The position numbers were made by a program, and so were the translations under genes. Shown here in pieces: positions 9,236 through 17,600 of a stretch of 25,622 nucleotides of DNA. Source of the stretch: a virus (lineage: Duplodnaviria > Caudoviricetes). The stretch lies in IMG/VR virus record IMGVR_UViG_3300008117_000365, positions 1 to 25,622 of that record; one strand, written 5' to 3'. How positions within the stretch are numbered: position 1 is the stretch's first letter; each line of letters begins with the position of its first letter. The notes under the pieces are model-generated. The model worked only from the letters and a program-made list of their open reading frames with translations, was not told the DNA's origin and searched no databases.

Positions 9236-10366
9236 ATGGCTTGTTCTAATTGCTATAATGGATGCACGGAGATTATATCTGATCAATGTGTCAAGTATAC
9301 AGGAGTAGATGTTCCAGTTTTGGGAATTCAAACAGGAGACTCCCTGTCATATGTTGAACAAGCATTGATTGGATTTCTCACTTCTACATTAGATGGTACA
9401 GGTATCAAACTAGTTATTGATCCTGATATCATATGTGAGATTATAAATAAAAACTTGGTAGAGTGTGAAGACCTTACACTGGTTAATGTAATTAATGCCC
9501 TGATAAAAGCCGTTTGTGAACTAGACACAAGAGTTACTGCTCTTGAGGATGATTTTGCTGCATTAGAAGGACCCTACACAATAGGATGTCTTACTGGTGT
9601 AACATCAACCTCTGGAACACATGCTATTTTACAGGCTACTATTACAAAACTTTGTAGTGTAGAGGTTGCTCTCAATGCTCTTGCTTTAAATGTTAGTACC
9701 AACTATGTAAAGCTTGCAGATCTTAATTCACTTATTGCTTCTTACCTTGCTAGTGTAGGAACTACCACTAAATACTACAATCGTATGGTTCCATACGCTG
9801 TTGTAGAATATTATGGTCCCCTTGTAGGTAACTTTGATGTATCAGGTGCTGGACTAGGTGACTGGGAGAAAATCTATTTATGTAACGGTAATAATGGTAC
9901 ACCTGACAAAAGAGGACGTGTTCCTGTAGGTGCTACAACTGGCATGGGTGGTGGAGCTCTAAACCCTGCTGTTGATCCTGCGGTTGCTGGTAATCCTGCT
10001 TATGCTTTGTTAGGAACTGCTGGTTCAAACACTGTAACTCTTAGCCCTACACAGATTCCTGCTCACTCTCACTCAGCTACAGCTACTGTAGTTGATAACC
10101 ATTATCATTTTGTAGCAGCTAGCGATAGCACTGGTAGTTGTGACATTATAACATCAACTGATCCAGTTGCAAGAGCAGGAAGTTGTGGAACAAATCCAGC
10201 TTATGAACTTAGAAAAAGTGGTGAAACTACAGCAACTCTTGGTAAATCAAGCGGAGCTCAAGGTACAATTGATGTATCTGTAGCAATAGGCTCTACAGGA
10301 GGTGGATTAGCTCACTCTAACTATCAACCTGGTCTTGGTTGTTACTACATTATGTATATCCCTTAA
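9236..10366 (+). CDS. Tail fibre with phage tail-collar domain and HxH-containing tip
   Basis: Collar motif YLCNGNNGTPDKRGRVPVG, then GSNTVTL...IPAHSH...HYH...TGGGLAHSNYQP...YIM as in short-fibre/collar-domain proteins. The N-half is Cys-rich with coiled-coil segments. Confidence 0.8.
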   Translation: MACSNCYNGCTEIISDQCVKYTGVDVPVLGIQTGDSLSYVEQALIGFLTSTLDGTGIKLVIDPDIICEIINKNLVECEDLTLVNVINALIKAVCELDTRVTALEDDFAALEGPYTIGCLTGVTSTSGTHAILQATITKLCSVEVALNALALNVSTNYVKLADLNSLIASYLASVGTTTKYYNRMVPYAVVEYYGPLVGNFDVSGAGLGDWEKIYLCNGNNGTPDKRGRVPVGATTGMGGGALNPAVDPAVAGNPAYALLGTAGSNTVTLSPTQIPAHSHSATATVVDNHYHFVAASDSTGSCDIITSTDPVARAGSCGTNPAYELRKSGETTATLGKSSGAQGTIDVSVAIGSTGGGLAHSNYQPGLGCYYIMYIP

Positions 10367-10384
10367 TAGCTTAAACTCTCTATA

Positions 10385-11032
10385 ATGCAATTCACTCCTC
10401 CACAATATTGTAGCCCTTGTCAAGATCCCTGCCAATCAAAGGTTGTGGGGTCTGATCAAGTTGGTTATACTGGACCAAATCTTCCTTGTACTAATGTACA
10501 GACATGTGATTCGTTGAGTGTGGCTCTTCAAAAGATTGATGAGCAAATCTGTGATTTAAAAAGTACTGTTATTTCTTTACAGAACCAAATTAATGCTTTA
10601 ACTACTACAACAAGTACATCTTCTACTACTACTACTAGCACAACGACTGTAACTCCTCCTACAACAACCACCACAACAACGTTAGCAGAGAGCTATCCTG
10701 TAACTGTTTATTTAGCTGTTAATGGATTAGTTCCATCACCTGTTACAATATGGTATGACACTGGAAGTGGGTGGCAAACTTGGAATATTTCTCCAGGTAA
10801 TTATCCAAGTTATATACCATCAACAACTTTCACTATAGCTGCTGGAGGCACATTTATATTTGGTATTAGAAACTTTTCAAATCAAGACTTGTTGTTTGGT
10901 CAAGGACAAGTGTCAGGAGATTTCACTTCTAAATGTGGTATATCAAATCCAGTATCACAAGTAATTAATGGTGTAACTAGTATATATGCAAATCTACAAA
11001 TACAAGATAATGCATATGTACTTTGTCCATAA
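10385..11032 (+). CDS. Fibre/appendage-like protein: Cys-rich anchor, coiled coil, Thr stalk, beta-rich C-terminal domain
   Basis: The N-terminus is paralogous to that of 9236 (SDQ-V.YTG...QT.DSLS). Thr tract at about 10601-10682. Confidence 0.6.
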   Translation: MQFTPPQYCSPCQDPCQSKVVGSDQVGYTGPNLPCTNVQTCDSLSVALQKIDEQICDLKSTVISLQNQINALTTTTSTSSTTTTSTTTVTPPTTTTTTTLAESYPVTVYLAVNGLVPSPVTIWYDTGSGWQTWNISPGNYPSYIPSTTFTIAAGGTFIFGIRNFSNQDLLFGQGQVSGDFTSKCGISNPVSQVINGVTSIYANLQIQDNAYVLCP

Positions 11033-11067
11033 TATTAAAAAGCTCTGTTTGTTGGTTTTCAGGGCTT

Positions 11068-11103
11068 CTCCTGGGGGTTTTTACCCCTGGGAGTTTTTTA
11101 TTT
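11068..11103 (+). terminator. Rho-independent terminator ending the head/fibre block
   Basis: Stem-loop CTCCTGGGGGT-TTTT-ACCCCTGGGAG followed by TTTTTTATTT. Confidence 0.85.
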
Positions 11104-11104
11104 A

Positions 11105-11180
11105 TAACAAGTTTAGTTAGAATAGATAACTAGAAAGGTTAAAATAATTTGGAAAATATCAAAACTCTTTCGTATCTTTA
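11105..11180 (+). promoter_or_regulatory. Bacteroidota-type promoter with two upstream TAAC-N7-GTTA inverted-repeat boxes
   Basis: Boxes at 11105-11119 and 11127-11141. TTTG at 11148-11151, a 21 nt spacer, then TATCTTTA at 11173-11180. Confidence 0.7.
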
Positions 11181-11208
11181 CTGCAATTTTAACTAAATTA
11201 AATCGTAA

Positions 11209-12459
11209 ATGCCTGAAAATCAATCCCTTCTGCACCAGCTGGAGCAGATGCTTCACTGGAAAAAGAGCAAAAAGTTCTATGCAGAGAAACTAAACATTAC
11301 AGAGGATGAGGTTGATTCGTTGATAAGAGAGTTAAGGAATTCAGAAAGTATAAGAAATGAGGCAGAAACTGCCAGCTATATTGGAGAACTAGAAGATGCA
11401 ATTGTAAGGTTTTCCGAGGATGTGGAAAAGGGAACAGGTGAGATAGTCTTTAATAGTAAAGAAGAGATCAAAGATTTAGACGATTTAATTGAGAAGTGTA
11501 AGATTGATACAGACAAGTGGGAAATAACTAAATACGTACAAAACTACTGGGGGAATGCTGACCAGCCTCATTATCAAGTGAAGGCTTGGCTTGGTAAAAA
11601 GAAAGGAGAACAGGTATTCCAAGACTCCTTTATAGAGTTCCTCAGTTCATACACTCCTGCTTCTCAGGAGATAATGTCTCCAAAACTACATCCAAGCAAG
11701 TCTAATGCTGCTCTTGTTATTAACAAACAGGATGCGCATTACAATAAGATTGATGTAGATGGAGATAACAACATTAAAGAAAGATTTGCTAGAATGGCTT
11801 ACAGGACTGAAACAATCCTTGCACAAGCTGCTTTAGCAAATAACTTAGATAAGATTGTATACATTATTGGATCAGATGAATTCAATAGTGAGTTTACAGG
11901 AACTACAACCAAAGGCACTCCACAACAGAATATTGGAGGTTACCATGAGTCATTCAAATCAATATGCGATCATGAGGTTCTTATGATTTCATTGCTACTC
12001 AACTACACAAGTAATGTGGATGTGATATATGTAGCTGGTAATCACGATGAATATGTAGGATGGCACATGATAAATTGGCTGCAAACCTACTTTAGATATA
12101 TCCCTGGAGTGACATTTGATTGTTCTCCTAAGTATAGGAAGTACGTAAGTTATGGAGTTACAGCTATGATGTTTAATCATGGTGATGCTATCAAACCTGC
12201 TAAACTTGCTGGTATATTCCCAATGGAATATAAAGATAATTGGTCTGACCATGAAGTGTTTTACATATTCACAGGTGATAAGCACCATGAATTGAGTCAA
12301 GACTTTAACGGAATTAAATTTTACCAAATCCCTGCATTCTCAAATGCAAAGAGTGGGTGGGATGAGAAGAATGGATACACGTGCGCGAGAGGTGAGGTAA
12401 CTGCGTTTCTCATTGATGAGCTCTATGGGATGACGAACATATTCAAACAATATTTATAA
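11209..12459 (+). CDS. Calcineurin-like metallophosphoesterase with N-terminal HTH-like segment
   Basis: Ordered motifs QDAH, GSDEFN, AGNHDE, NHGD, TGDKHH. The N-terminal KKFYAEKLNITEDEVDSL resembles a helix-turn-helix. Confidence 0.8.
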   Translation: MPENQSLLHQLEQMLHWKKSKKFYAEKLNITEDEVDSLIRELRNSESIRNEAETASYIGELEDAIVRFSEDVEKGTGEIVFNSKEEIKDLDDLIEKCKIDTDKWEITKYVQNYWGNADQPHYQVKAWLGKKKGEQVFQDSFIEFLSSYTPASQEIMSPKLHPSKSNAALVINKQDAHYNKIDVDGDNNIKERFARMAYRTETILAQAALANNLDKIVYIIGSDEFNSEFTGTTTKGTPQQNIGGYHESFKSICDHEVLMISLLLNYTSNVDVIYVAGNHDEYVGWHMINWLQTYFRYIPGVTFDCSPKYRKYVSYGVTAMMFNHGDAIKPAKLAGIFPMEYKDNWSDHEVFYIFTGDKHHELSQDFNGIKFYQIPAFSNAKSGWDEKNGYTCARGEVTAFLIDELYGMTNIFKQYL

Positions 12460-13187
12460 TGTCTACTTTTAGGAAATTAGTTTCAGATGTACGCTCTATG
12501 CATAAACTGTTGTCAACTGATAATTTGATAACAGATAGAGCTGTTATGTCTGAGATTAAGAACAATGCCTTCCTTTTGATTAAACGTGAGACTAATCTGA
12601 GGAAGCTTTGGGCTACTGACACAGTATTCACTACCATCCCTTGTTTAGAGATGGTAGAGGTTCCTATTTCTGAATGCTGTGATTATGTCGATCCTTGTTC
12701 TGTAGCTAGAACTAAACTCAAGCTCCCTCGCATCACTGAAGGTAACTATCAGTATGTTATCCAGGGTGTTTACTCAATCAATGCGATGAGTGGACAAGGA
12801 AAGAAACTAAAAGAAATAACCATCAATCGATACATTAACTTGCTTAAGCTTCCTATCATTAAGAAGGAAGAATACTACTGGATTTCTAATGGATATCTTT
12901 ATGTAAACAATCCACTTCTCAAAGCTATCAGACTTGTTGCTTTGTTCGAGGAGGATGTTCCTAATTCCATTATGTATCCAGAGTGTGGTTGTGGTACTCC
13001 AGAATATACAACAGAACAACTTTGCAAGAACCCTCTTGACAATGAGTCTCCTGTTCCTGGTTACCTAGAGAAGCAAGTCCTCGAGCTAACTTCCCAGAAG
13101 TTACTATCCACCTACTTCAAATTGAAGACAGACATCACAAGTGATGGAGTTGATGGTCAAGCACCAAACGCTCCAAACCTTAGATGA
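12459..13187 (+). CDS. Tail ring-type structural protein
   Basis: 242 aa with TAATG coupling. Contains IPCLEMVEV...C and YYWISNGYLY patterns and lies before the IHF-like gene as in crAss tail modules. Confidence 0.6.
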   Translation: MSTFRKLVSDVRSMHKLLSTDNLITDRAVMSEIKNNAFLLIKRETNLRKLWATDTVFTTIPCLEMVEVPISECCDYVDPCSVARTKLKLPRITEGNYQYVIQGVYSINAMSGQGKKLKEITINRYINLLKLPIIKKEEYYWISNGYLYVNNPLLKAIRLVALFEEDVPNSIMYPECGCGTPEYTTEQLCKNPLDNESPVPGYLEKQVLELTSQKLLSTYFKLKTDITSDGVDGQAPNAPNLR

Positions 13188-13188
13188 G

Positions 13189-13665
13189 ATGAGAATTAAG
13201 ATAGACTGGAGAAGCGCAAGTAAAGAAAACTACAGCAATTTTTGCAAGAAGAATCCTTCTATCAAACTTACGTTTGACGAGTGGAGGAACATCATTTACA
13301 CCTACAATGAGGCTTTCAAAGAATACATCCTGGAGACAGGAGAAAGAGCAAAGCTTCCATATGGGTTTGGTGAGTTCTCCATTAATAAAAAGAAACGTAG
13401 AAAGATGAAAGGAGTGGATGGTAAAGAGTTTGTCAATCTTCCTATTGATTGGAAAAAGACAAGAGAGAAAGGTAAGCGTATCTACAACTTTAATTTTCAT
13501 ACAGAAGGATACTTCTTTGGATGGATGTGGTTTAAAGATACAGCAAGGTTTAGACACTCAGGACTCTGGTACTTCAAACCATCTAGAAACACATCAAGAT
13601 TGCTGTCACACTATATCAAAACCAGTGATACATATCAGCATATTTATCATGAATGGAAAAAGTAA
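13189..13665 (+). CDS. IHF/HU-like DNA-binding protein (crAss type)
   Basis: Basic protein with HU-like motifs ETGERAKLPYGFGEFSINKKK and FKPSR, plus the crAss-type insert IDWKKT...NFHTEGY. Start moved to the ATG at 13189, just after the upstream stop. Confidence 0.75.
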   Translation: MRIKIDWRSASKENYSNFCKKNPSIKLTFDEWRNIIYTYNEAFKEYILETGERAKLPYGFGEFSINKKKRRKMKGVDGKEFVNLPIDWKKTREKGKRIYNFNFHTEGYFFGWMWFKDTARFRHSGLWYFKPSRNTSRLLSHYIKTSDTYQHIYHEWKK

Positions 13666-13670
13666 AATAG

Positions 13671-14645
13671 ATGTCATACTATTACAAATATAACTTCATC
13701 TCCCCTGAGATTGTCTATTCCACTGTAAAGGAAGAGTTTAAAAGCTACTTCGATACAGGAGCTATTGATGATCTTATGTTCCCTACCTACCTAGAGAAAT
13801 GCTTACTTAAGCTAGGTAGAGCTACGTATGTGATTCAGGAGGAAGTACTTTACATTAGTGACTATGAAGCAAGGCTCCCAGACAACTTCTATGCTGTCCG
13901 TGAGGCTTGGTTATGTACAGCTGTAAATGGTTTTCCTTATCAACAGGCTAACTCATTCTACTCACAAGCTGCTACAGCCACAACAATCCAGGTGAGCCCC
14001 ATCACATATGGTGGACCATCTTGTCCTAGTCCTTGCTGTGGTAACGTAGGGTGTGATGGATCTTGTATGCCTGAGATTATACAAACAGTGTACAAGACTA
14101 ATAATCAGGCTCCTGTTCTCTACCAAAGAGAGTATTTATTAAAACCTGGTAACATCTCTGCAAGAAGAAACTGTGGAGTAGAATATACAAATAACTGGGA
14201 GTTCTATGCACAAGCTCCTCCTCTCAATGAGTTCACTCCTGGTTCTGCTGGATATGACTCATTTGATATTAGAGATAATAAGTTTGTTACAAACTTCCGT
14301 AATGGTATTGTGCATTTAATTTTCTATGCTACGGAATATGATCAGGTGGGTAACCAAATGATCCCCAATAACTTCCGTGTTAGGGAATATATAGAGGCTT
14401 TCATCAAGTACAAGATGATGGAAACTCTCACCAACCAGACCAATGATGAGACCTTTAATCAGCTCCAACAGAAGCTTGCATATTACAAGCAACAGGCTGA
14501 GGAAGCATTCATCATGGCTGATATTGAGATTAAGAAACAAGATCCTTGGGCTAAACAGCGTAGGATTAAGAATGACCTGAACAGATTTAATATGTATGAA
14601 CTTCCTAACCGTACTAACAGATATGGTTGGAGACGCAATAATTAA
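13671..14645 (+). CDS. Tail tubular / ring protein with a Cys-rich insertion
   Basis: 324 aa between the IHF-like and muzzle genes. Contains ARLPDNF and FVTNFRNGIVHLIFYA...IP patterns typical of tubular/ring proteins. Confidence 0.6.
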   Translation: MSYYYKYNFISPEIVYSTVKEEFKSYFDTGAIDDLMFPTYLEKCLLKLGRATYVIQEEVLYISDYEARLPDNFYAVREAWLCTAVNGFPYQQANSFYSQAATATTIQVSPITYGGPSCPSPCCGNVGCDGSCMPEIIQTVYKTNNQAPVLYQREYLLKPGNISARRNCGVEYTNNWEFYAQAPPLNEFTPGSAGYDSFDIRDNKFVTNFRNGIVHLIFYATEYDQVGNQMIPNNFRVREYIEAFIKYKMMETLTNQTNDETFNQLQQKLAYYKQQAEEAFIMADIEIKKQDPWAKQRRIKNDLNRFNMYELPNRTNRYGWRRNN

Positions 14646-14650
14646 TACTA

Positions 14651-17600
14651 ATGGCTGAACAAGAACAAGGTAACGTTAGACAAGAGTATAATAATGCCAC
14701 CACTGGTCTTAATATGGACCAGACAGTTAATCAGATTCCGAAAGGTAAGCTGACATATGCATTGAATGCTGTTGTTGAAAACTTTGATGCTAATTCTGTA
14801 AACTATCAGAATGAGCCTGGGAATGAGCCTTGCGTTTCATTCCCTTCTGGCTTTGTATTGGTTGGTACACATTTCATCCAGGAGAGAAACAAACATATAT
14901 TCTTCATCACTAACCCTGAAACAGGTGGTAGTCAGATTGGATATATGGAGAATAACGATTGTATATACCGTGTACTTGTAAATGCTCCTTGTCTTAACTT
15001 TAATGTTAACTATCCCATCCTCAAGGCAGCACACAAGATAACCAACTGCACTACAGAAATCTATTGGACAGATGGTTACAATCCTAGAAGATACTTAGAT
15101 ATTGATGACATTCCAAAGATATTAAAGTCTGGTACTCCTTTCTGTAATCCAGAGTATACAGATGATGTAGACTGTAATCAGTTAAAGCTACAGCCTAATT
15201 TTAAGATTCCTCAATTAGAAGTGGTTGATGTTACTAGCACAGGTAATCTGATTGCTGGTACATACCAGTTTGCTATCCAATACTCTGATCCTCAGGGTAA
15301 TCCTTACACTTCCTACTACTCTGTTACCAATCCCACTCCTATTGCTGATGAGTTCATAACATCTGTGAACTTTAACTATCCTGTTGGTAAATCCATCATC
15401 CTTAATATAAGCAACTTAGAGGATACAGGACTATATCAGTATTTCAACTTAGCAGTGATTAGAACTGTTAATGCTATCACTTCTGTTGAACTTGTAGGCA
15501 CTTATTATATTGATAATGTCCAGAAGCAAATCACATACACTGGTCAGAACGTAACACAAATACGTCTAACTGTTGATGATATATTTGAGAAATTCCCTTA
15601 CTATGATATTGCACAAGACTTAACAAATGTGCAGGACATTCTTGTTTGGGATAACTTAACATCAATTGATCGTATTAACTACCAAAGCATTGCTAATCAA
15701 ATCAATCTGTTATGGGAGAGCTGGAGAATACCAGCTAATGAAAACTATGCAGATGAGTTGAACGCAACCAATCTCAGAGGATATTTGAGAGATGAGGTTT
15801 ATGCTTTTGAGATAGTATTTTTGCTTAGAAATGGTAAGCAAACTGATGGTTTCCATATTCCTGGTAGAATTAAAGGCCCTTCAGAAACATTACAACCAGA
15901 CGTACCAGACACTAACCCAGACTTTATAGGCAATCCTGATTACGCATCTGGAGGAATAGGATATAGTCCTTATTGGAAAATCTATAACACAGGATCTGTA
16001 ATTGGTACAAGTCCTGGTTACTCTCCTGCTCCTGAATACAAAGGTCCTTATCAATATGGCCAGTTTGGTTATTGGGAATCAACAGACACCTATCCATGTA
16101 ATGTAGATGTATGGGGTGATCTTGCTGGTCAACCTATTAGACACCATAAGTTTCCTGACATTAATATCAGTCCTGCGTATGAGTCTAAGATATTCTTAGG
16201 CCCTAATACAATGGTTCAGGGTAATGATGCTGTATTTCCTATTGGTGTGCAGATAGATGTACAACAAGTTAGTGCGCTAATTCAAGCATCTAATTTAACA
16301 CAAGAACAAAAGGATGAGATTGTAGCATTTAAGATTATTCGTGCAGACCGTGGTACTAATAAGTCTATTGTAGCAAAGGGCATTCTTAGAAATGTTAATA
16401 CATACGAAAGAGAGAAGCAAACCTACTTCTATCCTAACTATCCTTATAATGATCTTAACCAAGATCCGTTCCTTAATTCTACAAATAATGCTTGGAGTCA
16501 GATATGTGATGGTTATAATGTAATAATTACTGTATTAGGTCCTGATCCAAATGGTGGTCCTGACTTTGCTGAGGTACAATACACAGATTGTAACACTAAC
16601 AAACAGGGCACACAAAAGTATTATTCCATAGGTACATTCCCACTTTGCTCTACCAGCAAACCTGTTATACTTGCTCCTGCAGAAGGAAAAACTGGACTTT
16701 CTACATATGAAGAGTGGACAGTAACAATATGTCCTCCTACATTCCTAAAAGCTGGAGGAAGAATTGAGTGGGATGATATATATGAAGGAATATCTCAAAC
16801 ATGGGTTAATGGTTGGCCAAGTGTAGACACTTTAACTCTTTCTGTAGTTCCTGGAACAGGTGGACCTGTAGCAATAGAAAATCCTGAAAATATTTGCATC
16901 ACTGGACCTGTACTTGTCACTGGAAAAAATTGTAAGATTCAGAATCCACAACCTGGATTTACAGAAAAATACAGACAGATATTTAACTCTCCTGAAACAT
17001 CTTTTGGACAACCATTCCTAGGTGATATTCTGAAGCTTGAGAGTGTAATGTTTGGTGGAGGTAAGGCTCACTTCGTTGAGGTGAGAAATAATGCTAAGTA
17101 TAGACTTTTAACTAAAGAAGCTCAAGAAGATGCTCTTAATAGTTCTAATGAGTTAGGTAAGCTCACTTCGCCATTTAGTGCATCAGCAATGTTTGCTGCA
17201 TATCAAGCGTATTTAACCATATACGTAAATGGTATTACTAGAAAGAACTATGCTTATTCTTTCAACTCTGTGGCTGATTATAACTATGGAGTGGGAGTTC
17301 CTGATAATCAGGGAATTAAACAACGTACTCTTGATATTGCTAGATATTTAATACCTGGTGTACAGAATGTTGGTGATATACATAACATCAACAACTTCCA
17401 AAGAGAATCATCTGTTTATTTGAGAACTGATATAGGTAAACAAGCTCTTCCGTTCCCAGATCAGAGTCCTAACATGTTATCTGGAATTGTTCCTATTGTT
17501 ACAGATAAATCAAGATTCACTATATCAGAGGCAGGAAATTGTGATGTTCCTGCTAAGGAAGAAGATATATCTGTAGTGTCTTATTATGCTTCTCTTAAGA

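Noticed and set aside
10601-10682. Thr-coding tracts as microsatellites or a CRISPR-like array
   Set aside because: They are in-frame coding sequence with mixed synonymous codons and no repeat-spacer periodicity.
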